Positions 9,112 through 18,223 of a DNA stretch of 64,000 nucleotides are shown here, piece by piece. The notes beneath the pieces were generated by a model. It did not search any database and had not been told where the DNA came from. It saw nothing but the letters and a program-made list of their open reading frames with translations. Source of the DNA: a bacterium (GTDB taxonomy: Bacteria > Patescibacteriota > UBA1384 > XYA2-FULL-43-10 > JAKAMI01); the NCBI GenBank assembly GCA_021812945.1, contig JAKAMI010000002.1, forward strand, positions 1,047-65,046, written 5' to 3'. Positions within the stretch are counted from its first letter, which is position 1. Each line of letters opens with the position of its first letter. Position numbers and translations under genes: made by a program.

Positions 9112-9188
9112 TGGTACCCTCGAGAGGATTCGAACCTCCGACCTTCGGTACCGGAAACCGACGCTCTATCCGACTGAGCTACGAGGGC
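9112..9188 (-). tRNA. tRNA-Arg (anticodon CCG)
   Basis: The reverse complement reads GCCCTCGTAGCTCAGTCGGATAGAGCGTCGGTTTCCGGTACCGAAGGTCGGAGGTTCGAATCCTCTCGAGGGTACCA, a cloverleaf with CCG anticodon, TPsiC motif GGTTCGAATCC and 3' CCA. Confidence 0.85.
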
Positions 9189-9229
9189 ATATCTAAAGGA
9201 TAGCACATTTCACCGATTATGGTAATTTG

Positions 9230-9420
9230 AGATCAATTCGTGTACTATTAAAGTTATCAAATAACACCCTAAAGAGCCTGCCCTGAACGAGGTCGAAGGG
9301 GTGGGCTCAAGGGCTAATTTGAGCTCAAGCTTTAGCTTGCTTAAAAACACCCTAAAGGGTAGGCTCAAGTGTTTTGAGCACAAGCCTTAGCTTGGAATAT
9401 CAGCCTAAAGGCTGGTCTCA
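9230..9420 (+). repeat. Three tandem copies of a stem-loop repeat (cagcctaaaggctg... / caagctttagcttg)
   Basis: Units caccctaaagRgYctgccc...ggctcaag...gctcaagcyttagcttg repeated three times. The same family occurs at 50010-50105. Confidence 0.6.
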
Positions 9421-9432
9421 AGAGAAAAAATC

Positions 9433-10059
9433 ATGATCGTAGAAACGTTGGCGAACATTGTGACTTGGGCGATTTCACACACCGGATACTGGGGTGTGTT
9501 TGGTTTAATGTTTTTCGAATCCGCCTGCGTGCCCATTCCTTCCGAAGTGATCATGCCCTTCTCCGGTTTTTTGGTCGTCTCCGGACAATTTTCCCTGATC
9601 GACGTCACTATCATTGGCGCCTTGGGAAACCTGGGCGGTTCGCTCCTAGCTTACTATGTGGGTTACAGGGGAGGACGTCCTCTGGTTGAGAAATACGGCA
9701 AATATATTTTGATTAGCCATCGCGACTTGGACCGGGCGGACCACTTTTTCCAGAAACACGGCGAAGTGACCACCTTCTTCTCCAGAATGCTGCCGATAAT
9801 CCGGACATTTATTTCTCTACCGGCGGGAATCGCCAGAATGGACATCAGGAAATTCATCATTTACACCTTTGCCGGAGCTCTGCCCTTTTCTTTCGCTCTG
9901 GCTTGGGCGGGAGTCAAGCTGGGGGAGCACTGGGGCGAGGTTAGAGACATTTTACACAAGTTCAATATTGTCATTGCAGTCGGTATTTTACTTTTTATTG
10001 CCTGGTGGATTTTAAGACACATTAAGAATTCAAAGTCCAAATCTCAAATCTCGAAATAA
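9433..10059 (+). CDS. DedA/SNARE-associated family membrane protein
   Basis: Multi-TM protein with a VPIPSEVIMPFSGFLV DedA motif. Confidence 0.75.
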   Translation: MIVETLANIVTWAISHTGYWGVFGLMFFESACVPIPSEVIMPFSGFLVVSGQFSLIDVTIIGALGNLGGSLLAYYVGYRGGRPLVEKYGKYILISHRDLDRADHFFQKHGEVTTFFSRMLPIIRTFISLPAGIARMDIRKFIIYTFAGALPFSFALAWAGVKLGEHWGEVRDILHKFNIVIAVGILLFIAWWILRHIKNSKSKSQISK

Positions 10060-10072
10060 TTCGGATGACAAA

Positions 10073-10110
10073 CAAAGACAGTCTTCGCTGCCTTGGAAGA
10101 CTGTCTTTTG
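10073..10110 (+). terminator. Intrinsic terminator hairpin (aagacagtcttc family)
   Basis: aaagacagtcttc gctgccttg gaagactgtcttttg directly after the DedA stop. Confidence 0.6.
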
Positions 10111-10130
10111 AATCAGTACGTGGGTGAAGG

Positions 10131-11171
10131 CTAGGGCTGCGGAGAAGCAGGGGGCTGATTGGTATTACCGGAAGGTTGGGCAGGAGTAGGGTTAGCTCTA
10201 TCATCGGTGGCGGGAGTATCAAAGGTGTAGTTGGGATGAGAGGTTGGCCGGTCGGTAGTCGGTTGTCCGTTGTCGGTTGCCGGTAAAGCAGATCGGGAGT
10301 TATCGGTATTGGGTGACGGGATCGGGGCGGGGTTTGAGTCTACCGGAGCGGCGAGCGTGTCTGGCGTCTGGAGAGTAGTTTGATCCGGGATCGGCGTGGT
10401 TTTGACAGGAGTAGCATTGAGACCGGCAGTATTCTGTCCGGACATGTCCGGAGCTTGGGTAACGGGAGCGACAAATTGGTCGAAGGTCATAGGTTGTTTG
10501 TCGGAAGATTGGTTATCGGTAATCGGTAGACTGTTATCGGGAGCGGAGCCTGGCACCGGTGGGGTTACCGGCTCGACTGGTTTGGGTTCCGTTTCGACAG
10601 TCGATTCTGCTGCGGGAGTCGGGATTGGCTCGGATGCTATGGGTGATTTGTCTGGAGCAGGCTCAGCGGTAGCCGGAGGCTCATCGCCATCGAATATCGA
10701 CTTGGGCTGGCCGGTAGCGGCCGGTACGGAGGCGGTATCGTCGTCGAAATCGGAGAAAAGATCATCGGCCGGAGTGGTGGTCGGTTCATCGATAGGTTTG
10801 TTGTCGGTTGTCGGTTGTCGGTTGTCAGTAGGGGTATCAGTTGGAGTCAAATCATCGATTTTTGGTGCCGGTGTTTCCGGTTTCGTTTCGTCGGGCTCCG
10901 TGTGTTTAATCGGTTCGGGTTTGACCGGGACGAGATCATCCTTAACATCGTCCTTTTTCTCGTCCGGCTTGGGTTCGGGCATGGCGGCCGGTAAAACGGC
11001 ATCGCCGGTCAATTTTTCCAAATGATTGACACCGACAACCACGGCAGCCGGCGTGCCGTTCCTGGTCAGAACATACATTTGGTCGGTATTATCGACCTCG
11101 TCGATAATCTTATTGAAGCTATCTCGCGCCTCGGTTACCGGTATGATCTTGTCTACATCTACCTGAAGCAT
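10131..11171 (-). CDS. Phd/YefM-like antitoxin domain fused to an approximately 270 aa Pro/Thr/Asp-rich disordered tail
   Basis: The ATG at 11171 has a GGAGG SD. N-terminus MLQVDVDKIIPVTEARDSFNKIIDEV...QMYVLTRNGTPAAVVVGVNHLEKL matches the YefM/Phd fold. The remainder is low complexity with ggttgtc heptamer repeats (DNRQPTTDNKP). No adjacent toxin gene. Confidence 0.55.
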   Translation of the reverse strand: MLQVDVDKIIPVTEARDSFNKIIDEVDNTDQMYVLTRNGTPAAVVVGVNHLEKLTGDAVLPAAMPEPKPDEKKDDVKDDLVPVKPEPIKHTEPDETKPETPAPKIDDLTPTDTPTDNRQPTTDNKPIDEPTTTPADDLFSDFDDDTASVPAATGQPKSIFDGDEPPATAEPAPDKSPIASEPIPTPAAESTVETEPKPVEPVTPPVPGSAPDNSLPITDNQSSDKQPMTFDQFVAPVTQAPDMSGQNTAGLNATPVKTTPIPDQTTLQTPDTLAAPVDSNPAPIPSPNTDNSRSALPATDNGQPTTDRPTSHPNYTFDTPATDDRANPTPAQPSGNTNQPPASPQP

Positions 11172-11436
11172 AAGCCCCTCCAAAAAATTACGCAGTAATT
11201 TTTTGTCCCGCGTATCCGCCAAGGGCGGAGAAGTGGGACAAGTCAAAATATTATTAATCTAAAAGAAGAAAGAAGTAGGTAATTATCTGCTTGCTCAGCT
11301 CTCCTGAATTTCTAGGCGCTTTTTGAGATCGTTGTCTCAAGCGCTTGCGACCGTCGAAATTCAGTAAAGCCTCGCCGGCTTCGTGAAGTGTCACCCGATA
11401 ATTCAATTCTAATACAAATAAAAAGTTTAAGCAAAA

Positions 11437-12456
11437 TTAACGCTTTTCCAAAACCTCGCCCAGGGCTTCCTGCCAGGGGCGCATGGTGAGGCCGTATTTA
11501 TTCAACTTGGCTTTGGTGAGGTAGGAGTAGGCCGGGCGTTTGGCGGGGGTGGGGTACTCGGCGGTGGCGATAGGTTTGAGACCTATTTTAACCTTCGACT
11601 GTTTAAAAATTTCCTTGGCAAAATCATACCAAGAAGCTTCGCCCTCGCCGGTGGCGTGGTAGATACCGTAGGGAAGAGGGGCATTGCTTGATTGTTTCAT
11701 CCTGCTCCGCTCTTCTGGAGCTATGAGGGACACGGTTGCTTCATTGTTGTCATCCTGAACTTGTTTCAGGATCTCTGCGTTTGAATTTTGGGACCCTGAA
11801 ACAAGTTCAGGATAACGGTTTCGGAAGATAATTTCAGCAATCACCCCAACCAGGTCGCCGGTGTAGGTGGGGGAGCCGATTTGGTCGCTGACGACCGAGA
11901 TTGAATCGCGTTCTTTGGCCAGTCTCAGCATCGTCTCAACGAAATTCGAGCCAGGATGACCCTGTGGCAACTCGCCGTAAAGCCAGGCGGTGCGTATAAT
12001 ATAATACTTGTCGCAGACTGCCTGAATCGCTTTTTCGCCTTCCAACTTGGTTTGGCCGTAGAAGTTGACCGGATCGGTCGGATCGTCCTCATTTATTGGG
12101 ACGTTACCGGTACCCGGGAAGACGTAATCGGTCGAAATATACAACAACGTCGTATCTTTTTCGGCGGCGATTTCAGCCAGGTTTTTGGTTCCGACGGCAT
12201 TCACTTTATAGCAAAGTTCCCGACCCTCACCCTCGGCCTTGTCGACCTGGGTATAAGCGGCGGCGTGAATAATGAAGTCGGGCTTTTCTCTTGACAAAAC
12301 CCGCTCAATCATCGTTTTGTCGGTAATATCCATCTCCTCGGAGTCAGTGAGTATTAGTTGGTAGTCAGTCGTCGGTTGTCGGTTGTCAGGGACCTGAAGT
12401 CGTTCGATCAATTTGTTCCCGAGCTGGCCCTTGGCGCCGGTGATTAGAATTTTCAT
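11437..12456 (-). CDS. rfbD: dTDP-4-dehydrorhamnose reductase (RmlD) carrying two in-frame repeat insertions
   Basis: MKILITGAKGQLG Rossmann start at the ATG 12456, with an SD supplied by the upstream palindromic element. Inserts are VPDNRQPTTDYQL (ggttgtc repeats) and a roughly 100 nt double gtcatcctgaacttgtttcaggat palindrome encoding [23 protein letters not shown]. Confidence 0.8.
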   Translation of the reverse strand: MKILITGAKGQLGNKLIERLQVPDNRQPTTDYQLILTDSEEMDITDKTMIERVLSREKPDFIIHAAAYTQVDKAEGEGRELCYKVNAVGTKNLAEIAAEKDTTLLYISTDYVFPGTGNVPINEDDPTDPVNFYGQTKLEGEKAIQAVCDKYYIIRTAWLYGELPQGHPGSNFVETMLRLAKERDSISVVSDQIGSPTYTGDLVGVIAEIIFRNRYPELVSGSQNSNAEILKQVQDDNNEATVSLIAPEERSRMKQSSNAPLPYGIYHATGEGEASWYDFAKEIFKQSKVKIGLKPIATAEYPTPAKRPAYSYLTKAKLNKYGLTMRPWQEALGEVLEKR

Positions 12457-12461
12457 AAATG

Positions 12462-12553
12462 CTCCTTCGCAAATATACAAATCAAGCGAAAGTACAAATG
12501 GGCGTAGCGTTCTATTTGTACTTTTGTAAAATTTGTAGATTTGCGAAGGGGAG
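12462..12553. repeat. Family-A palindromic element (CCTTCGCGAATCTACAAAT..AAAGTACAAAT-loop-ATTTGTACTTTT..ATTTGTAGATTCGCGAAGG), copy 1, in the rfbD leader
   Basis: About 90 nt imperfect palindrome. Its gcgaaggag end forms the rfbD SD. Confidence 0.7.
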
Positions 12554-12560
12554 AAGCTTT

Positions 12561-13274
12561 TCAATCCTGAAAGAGAACTTCAATGTAAGCTTTCGCTTCG
12601 AGCTGTTCTTCGAAGCTGTTTTCCAGTTCCAAGCTGGTGTACTGCGGCAGATATTTGATGTAGTTTTTAACGTAATCAAACTCATTCAGGCTAGTAAAGC
12701 CGTGACGGTTGTAATGAGTTTCATGGCCGGCGTCGAACTCTGATGTTTTTAAAACTTTAGTAATGGCAGAGATATGGGCACAACCGATAGGATATTTTTT
12801 CAGCAATTCGGTGAAATTATCATAGGCGGTTAGGTTCTGCAGAACGCCATAATCGTGATAATGAGAAAGATCGAAACAAATACCGGCCGATTCTCGAACC
12901 ATCTGTTCGTAATTATCAGGCATAGAGCCACCGGTATTCTCAATATAGATTCGGTTTTGATATTCGGGCAAATTCTTTATTGCTTCAGCCGAACGTTTGG
13001 TCGGGTGGAGATTGAAAAGCCGGCAGTCCCATTTTTGGCTTAAATAATCGAGCTCGTCTTTGCCCATATCCTGCTCGCGCAAATGGGTGTGACGGATTTT
13101 TTTGAGCTTACTTTTTTCCAAAAGATCATAAAGCTCTCGGCGCTCGGGTTTCTCAAGAGCGGTGGCGAACAACGAAATCTGCTCGATATTAAATTTGTTT
13201 ATTTCCTTAACCTTGGCGCGCCAGTCGGAGCCCCAAGTGGTAGTCAGGCCAAGAAGTAGAGTGTGTTTAGGCAT
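12561..13274 (-). CDS. Hypothetical protein inside the rml cluster (possible TIM-barrel sugar isomerase/epimerase-like)
   Basis: 237 aa ORF between rfbB and rfbD; no firm motif match. Confidence 0.35.
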   Translation of the reverse strand: MPKHTLLLGLTTTWGSDWRAKVKEINKFNIEQISLFATALEKPERRELYDLLEKSKLKKIRHTHLREQDMGKDELDYLSQKWDCRLFNLHPTKRSAEAIKNLPEYQNRIYIENTGGSMPDNYEQMVRESAGICFDLSHYHDYGVLQNLTAYDNFTELLKKYPIGCAHISAITKVLKTSEFDAGHETHYNRHGFTSLNEFDYVKNYIKYLPQYTSLELENSFEEQLEAKAYIEVLFQD

Positions 13275-13419
13275 TTGGTTTGAATTGATAATTTTATTTT
13301 GTCATCCTGAGGTTCATTTTGTCATCCTGAGGAACGAAGGATCTATCTGCCTTATTGAAAAAGATTCTTCTCCGCAAAATAGCGGATCAGAATGACATAA
13401 AAGGGGGAAATGTTGAGAA

Positions 13420-14439
13420 TTAATCGCGGGTCTTGTTCTGTTCGGCCCTAGTGGTATCCAAGTATTCCTTGGAGATGATCCGGCTCCACCACTCCTGATT
13501 GTTCCGGTACCAGTCGATGGTCTGTTTGATACCCTCTTCGAAGTCGACCGAAGGCTTGTAACCGAGTTCGCGGCGGATTTTGGAATCGTCGATAGCGTAG
13601 CGCATATCGTGGCCTTTGCGGTCTTTGACAAAAGTTTTGAGACTCTCGGGCTTGCCGGTGGCTTTGAGAATTGTCTCAGCGACCTCCAAACCGTTCATCT
13701 CGGCGTGGCCGCCTAGACAGTAGGTCTCCCCGTCCTTGCCTTTATGAATTATCAAATCAATGCCGGCGCAGTGGTCGGTGACAAAGATATAGTCGCGGAC
13801 CGCTTTGCCCGTGCCGTAAATCGGCAGGGGTTTGTCGTTCATGGCGTTGGTGATGAAAAGGGGAATGACTTTTTCGGGAAATTGGTAGGGACCGTAGTTG
13901 TTGGTGCAATTCGATATCGTAATCGGCAAGCCGTAAGTATCGTGATAGGCGCGGACCAGATGGTCGGAGCCGGCCTTGGAAGCGGAGTAGGGCGAGTGAG
14001 GATTGTACGGGGTTTCTTCGGTAAACTTAACCTCAGGATTGTCAAGACTCAGACTGCCAAATACTTCGTCTGTCGAAACATGGTGAAATCTTTTGACCTT
14101 ATTTTCTTTGGCCGCATCAAGCAGAATCTGGGTGCCGATCACATTTGTCTGGACGAAAACCGCCGGGCCGGTGATCGAGCGGTCGACGTGGCTTTCGGCA
14201 GCGAAATGAACGACAATGTCAACTCCGTCCATGGCCCTCTCTACGTCGTCTCTGTTACAAATATCACCGTGAATAAAAGTGTATCGAGGATCGTTTTCGA
14301 CTGATTTTAGAGTTTCTAGATTCCCTGCGTATGTCAACTTATCCAGATTGACAAAAGAATACTTGGGATATTTCTCTATCATGTAGAGAATAAAATTACT
14401 TCCTATAAAACCCGAGCCACCGGTTATTAGCAGTTTCAT
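13420..14439 (-). CDS. rfbB: dTDP-glucose 4,6-dehydratase (RmlB)
   Basis: MKLLITGGSGFIGSNF...YTFIHGDICNRD...YSASKAGSDHLVRAY (SDR extended family, YxxxK). Confidence 0.9.
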   Translation of the reverse strand: MKLLITGGSGFIGSNFILYMIEKYPKYSFVNLDKLTYAGNLETLKSVENDPRYTFIHGDICNRDDVERAMDGVDIVVHFAAESHVDRSITGPAVFVQTNVIGTQILLDAAKENKVKRFHHVSTDEVFGSLSLDNPEVKFTEETPYNPHSPYSASKAGSDHLVRAYHDTYGLPITISNCTNNYGPYQFPEKVIPLFITNAMNDKPLPIYGTGKAVRDYIFVTDHCAGIDLIIHKGKDGETYCLGGHAEMNGLEVAETILKATGKPESLKTFVKDRKGHDMRYAIDDSKIRRELGYKPSVDFEEGIKQTIDWYRNNQEWWSRIISKEYLDTTRAEQNKTRD

Positions 14440-14912
14440 ATGGACTCCCAGTCGAAATTAATTGTTTTGTCGTATGGATCGGTGCGGTCTTCGTCGGGGT
14501 GATCACGGTCGTATTCTTTCGTCACATGGTAGAAAAGAAGGCAAGGCTCGTCGGAGACGACTTTGTAGCCATGCTCCACGCCCATCGGAATCAGAACCAG
14601 CTTATAATTATCCACTCCGGAGGCGATGACTTCGGTTTGGCCGAAGGTCGGGGAATCTTTTCTGGCATCGTAAAGCACGATCTTGGCCAAACCGGTAGCG
14701 ATAAACCAAAGATCATCTTGAGATTTATGCGAGTGGAAAGCCTTAATCGTCCCTTTGTAGGCAACAGACAAATTGCTCTGGGCGAATTTACTCATCAGCC
14801 CGTCGCTTTCGCGAAGTATCTCAAGGAAAATCCCCGGTTTGATTCCAGGCTGGTCCAAGTCCGGCTTGTCCTTGAAAACTCTTAGTTCTTTGATTTTCAC
14901 ACCCTGTATCAT
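14436..14912 (-). CDS. rfbC: dTDP-4-dehydrorhamnose 3,5-epimerase (RmlC, cupin)
   Basis: 158 aa cupin with FHSHKSQDDLWFIATG and LIPMGVEHGYKVVSDEP. It overlaps the rfbB start by 4 nt. Confidence 0.8.
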   Translation of the reverse strand: MIQGVKIKELRVFKDKPDLDQPGIKPGIFLEILRESDGLMSKFAQSNLSVAYKGTIKAFHSHKSQDDLWFIATGLAKIVLYDARKDSPTFGQTEVIASGVDNYKLVLIPMGVEHGYKVVSDEPCLLFYHVTKEYDRDHPDEDRTDPYDKTINFDWESI

Positions 14913-14940
14913 GTTACTCCTACGGGATTACTAAGTGTCT

Positions 14941-15051
14941 CTCCTTCGCAAATCTACAAATCCGGCAAAAATACAAATAATGCGCAACGTTCAATTTGTA
15001 TTTTCGTAAAATTTGCCGTGCCTGCCGGCAGGCAGGTAGATTCGCGAGGGG
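14941..15051. repeat. Family-A palindromic element, copy 2 (variant with an internal gccgtgcctgccggcaggcaggtag palindrome)
   Basis: Between the rfbC start and the rfbA stop. Confidence 0.7.
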
Positions 15052-15061
15052 GTTGAGACGA

Positions 15062-15823
15062 CTAGAAGACCTCGCCTTTTGATTTTCTAGCCCTGATCTC
15101 GTTCTGGATATCGTTTAGCGAATCGAAAGTGCCGGCGTCGGCCCAGGTGCCGTCGAAAGTGTTGACTTTTAGCTTGTTTTCTTTGAGATAGATATTATTC
15201 AGATCGGTGATCTCGATCTCGCCGCGAGACGAGGGCTTGAGGCTTTTGGCATGTTTCACTACCTTATTATCATACGTGTAGAGGCCGACCACGGCGTAGT
15301 TGCTCTTGGGTTTCTTTGGTTTTTCCTCTATGGAGACGGCTTTCATGTTCTTGTCAAACTCAACCACGCCGAAACGCTCCGGATCCGGTACTTCCTTGGC
15401 AAAGACCATGGCGCCGGACTTGAAGTTTTGAATTTCTTTGGAAAAATCATGACCGAGGAAAATATTATCTCCCAAGATCATGGTCACGTCATCGTCGCCG
15501 ATAAAGTCCTCGCCGATGATAAAAGCGTCGGACAAGCCCCGAGGCGACAGCTGAATCTTGAAGGTGAAATCTACCCCGCAGAAGTCGCCGCATTGGCCAT
15601 TTTCCTTTTCTTTCTGTTGTTCCATCGAGAGCAGATTAACGAAACTGCCAGAGAAGGTCGGGGCGACAATGACCAAGATGTCCTTGATCCCGGCTTTAAC
15701 CAAAGTTTTGATGGGATAGTAGACCATCGGCTTGTCATAGACCAAAAGCAACTGTTTGGACGTGATATAAGTCACCGGTCGCAGGCGCGTGGCGCTGCCG
15801 CCGGCCAAAACAATACCCTTCAT
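15062..15823 (-). CDS. rfbA: Glucose-1-phosphate thymidylyltransferase-like sugar nucleotidyltransferase (short RmlA form)
   Basis: MKGIVLAGGSATRLRPVTYITSKQLLLVYDKPMVYYPI...LGDNIF. Confidence 0.75.
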   Translation of the reverse strand: MKGIVLAGGSATRLRPVTYITSKQLLLVYDKPMVYYPIKTLVKAGIKDILVIVAPTFSGSFVNLLSMEQQKEKENGQCGDFCGVDFTFKIQLSPRGLSDAFIIGEDFIGDDDVTMILGDNIFLGHDFSKEIQNFKSGAMVFAKEVPDPERFGVVEFDKNMKAVSIEEKPKKPKSNYAVVGLYTYDNKVVKHAKSLKPSSRGEIEITDLNNIYLKENKLKVNTFDGTWADAGTFDSLNDIQNEIRARKSKGEVF

Positions 15824-15911
15824 AGAACCTCCAAGGTTTTAAAATTTCAAAATCCAAATTTCAAATATCAAATAAAAGTCTAAAGTTCAAACGCCGAACA
15901 ATAAGTTACTT

Positions 15912-16021
15912 TTCCTTCGCGAATCTACAAATCTAGCAAAAGTACAAATAGCGAATAGCGTCCAATTTGTATTTTCGTAAAATTTGCCGTGCCTGCCGGC
16001 AGGCAGGTAGATTCGCGAGGG
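15912..16021. repeat. Family-A palindromic element, copy 3, in the divergent rfbA / flippase intergenic region
   Basis: Same consensus as copies 1 and 2. Confidence 0.7.
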
Positions 16022-16096
16022 ATCGAAACTTCTTGTTTCGATACTACCACCCTCTCTTTAATATTTCAACTCGAACTGTTATATTCAGAAGTAACT

Positions 16097-17398
16097 ATGT
16101 CAACAACCAAAAGACTTCTGTCCAACAGTCTGATTGTTTTTATTGGCACCTTTTTAGGCAGCGTCTTTTCCTATCTTTTCAATATGTTGATGGGGCGGAT
16201 GCTGGGGCCGGTTCCTTACGGCGAGATGACGGCTCTGGCATCTTTGATGATGATTATCGGGGTAACGGGAGGGGCTTTTTTTACTATCTCGATGCGCTAC
16301 TCAGGCGAGATGGTGGCCTTGAACCAATATTCGGCTCTTCTGAAACTATTTCGGTTCATGAGCCGCAACGTCTTTCTATTCAGCTTAGGTCTTCTAGCCC
16401 TGGGACTGGTTTTGGTCAAACCGATTAGCCAGTTTTTCTCCATCTCTACTATCTGGTCGGTGGTTATCAGTCTAACCAGCGTGATCTTTGGTTTGATGAT
16501 AAACATTAATCGCGGTTTTTTACAAGGGGCTCAAAAGTTTCTAGCTATCTCGGTTTTTGGCAGTTTGGAATCGTTCCTGCGGTTAACACTCGGTCTTTTG
16601 TTGGTATTCTTGGGATTTTCGCTCAACGGCGCTCTCTCGGCGATGGTGTTGGCCACAGCCTTGGTCTACGCGTTAACTTTTCTGCCTCTGGGCAAGGTAC
16701 TGAAACAAAAAGAGAAAAATGTTTCTACGGATTCTTTTAAGTTTGACAAAAAGGAGATCTTGGGTTACTCTTGGCCGACTCTGATCGCCGCCGCTTTTTT
16801 GGTTCTCAGTATCAACTTGGACATATTATTGGTTAAGCATTTTTTCGCCCCGGAAGTTGCCGGAGTCTATGCGGCTATCTCGGCTATCGGAAAGATAATC
16901 TTGTATGTCTCGGCTCCGATCATCGGGGTGATGTTCCCGATGGTCTCCGAGCAAAAAGCCAAAGGCCAAAAACATTTTCGAGTCTTTCTGTTTTCCGTGG
17001 CCTTGACCGTCCTCTCGTCTTTGGTGATCTTGGCCGTCTATGTTATTGCTCCCGGAAAAGTGATATCTATATTGTATGGGCCGAAATACGTCGGATTCTA
17101 TTACCTTTTACCCGAGGTTGGGCTCTCGGTTTTGTTTTACGCTTTATATAATTTGATCAGCAATTACTATCTGGCGATCAAAAACTTTATCTTCTTATGG
17201 TTTTTTACCTTGACAATTATCGCCCAAATAGTCTTCATCTCTATTTTTCACGGCTCGTTGACCGAAGTCATCAGAATCCTGATTGTGAGCAACGCCGGCT
17301 TATCTCTCCTGATGCTCGGGTATTACGTCTTCATCAAATGGCCTCAGATCAAGGTCTATTTATCGGGCGAACTTGAAAGTTATAATGAATCAAAATAA
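16097..17398 (+). CDS. Polysaccharide biosynthesis/export flippase (Wzx-like, MOP superfamily)
   Basis: ATG at 16097 (MSTTKRLLSNSLIVFIGTF...), 12-14 predicted TM segments. The ORF track's upstream extension runs through repeat copy 3. Confidence 0.7.
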   Translation: MSTTKRLLSNSLIVFIGTFLGSVFSYLFNMLMGRMLGPVPYGEMTALASLMMIIGVTGGAFFTISMRYSGEMVALNQYSALLKLFRFMSRNVFLFSLGLLALGLVLVKPISQFFSISTIWSVVISLTSVIFGLMININRGFLQGAQKFLAISVFGSLESFLRLTLGLLLVFLGFSLNGALSAMVLATALVYALTFLPLGKVLKQKEKNVSTDSFKFDKKEILGYSWPTLIAAAFLVLSINLDILLVKHFFAPEVAGVYAAISAIGKIILYVSAPIIGVMFPMVSEQKAKGQKHFRVFLFSVALTVLSSLVILAVYVIAPGKVISILYGPKYVGFYYLLPEVGLSVLFYALYNLISNYYLAIKNFIFLWFFTLTIIAQIVFISIFHGSLTEVIRILIVSNAGLSLLMLGYYVFIKWPQIKVYLSGELESYNESK

Positions 17399-18125
17399 AT
17401 TATCCATCATTATCCCCGCCTACAACGAGGAGAAAAATATTTACCGGACGATCGATAAGATTGTCAATTGTCATGACGATTTAGATTATGATTACGAAGT
17501 GATTGTGGTAGTCGACGGGGCGGAAGATAAGACCGAGCAGGAGGCCAAAAGGCATCGTTCGGCCAAAGTCAGAGTGTTCGCCTACTCAAAGAATCACGGC
17601 AAAGGCTACGCGCTAAAATACGGCACCCAGAAAGCTTCCGGCGATATTGTGACTTTCACCGATGCCGGAGGGGATTTCGATCCGACCCAGTTTGATAAAT
17701 TTATCAAAGTCTTAGAAGCGTTTGATGCTGATATGGTCATCGGTTCCAAACGCCACCCGGCCTCCAGAGTCAACTATCCGCTGAAACGCCGGATCTTTTC
17801 CTGGGGCTACCACAAGATCGTCGACACTCTTTTCGGACTCAAGGTTACCGACACTCAGACCGGCCTGAAGGTCATTAAAACGTCCGTGGCCAAAAAAGTG
17901 ATGCCGCTCCTTCTGGTCAAGCGCTACGCCTTTGATCTGGAGATGCTTATGGTCGCCAAACAGCTTGGCTTCGGCCGGCTGTTTGAGGCGCCGGTCGAGA
18001 TGAATTTCAACGCCGCCATCAGCGGGGTGAGTTGGACCGCGATAGTGAGAATGTTTATCGACACTATGGCTGTCTTTTACCGAGCCAAGGTGTTGAATTA
18101 TTATAGAAAACAAGCTAAAAGTTAA
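17385..18125 (+). CDS. Family 2 glycosyltransferase (polyprenyl-phosphate sugar synthase-like)
   Basis: LSIIIPAYNEEKNI...VVVDGAEDKT...TFTDAGGDFD (GT-A DxD). Confidence 0.8.
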   Translation: MNQNKLSIIIPAYNEEKNIYRTIDKIVNCHDDLDYDYEVIVVVDGAEDKTEQEAKRHRSAKVRVFAYSKNHGKGYALKYGTQKASGDIVTFTDAGGDFDPTQFDKFIKVLEAFDADMVIGSKRHPASRVNYPLKRRIFSWGYHKIVDTLFGLKVTDTQTGLKVIKTSVAKKVMPLLLVKRYAFDLEMLMVAKQLGFGRLFEAPVEMNFNAAISGVSWTAIVRMFIDTMAVFYRAKVLNYYRKQAKS

Positions 18126-18223
18126 ACAGCTTGTCAGAATACAGCTACCGACAAATTTTATCAAATTAATTTTTTGAGGTGTTCAGCTGTCGAACTGTCG
18201 AGCTGACCAACTAATGGAGCTCT

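Noticed and set aside
10396-11025. + strand 209-aa ORF
   Set aside because: It is antisense to the low-complexity PT-rich gene; Gly/Ser-rich ORFs arise automatically opposite Pro/Thr-rich coding.
15989-16096. N-terminal extension of the flippase ORF (MPAGRQVDSRGIETS...)
   Set aside because: It is an alternative-start artefact reading through palindromic repeat copy 3. The ATG at 16097 begins the recognisable membrane protein.
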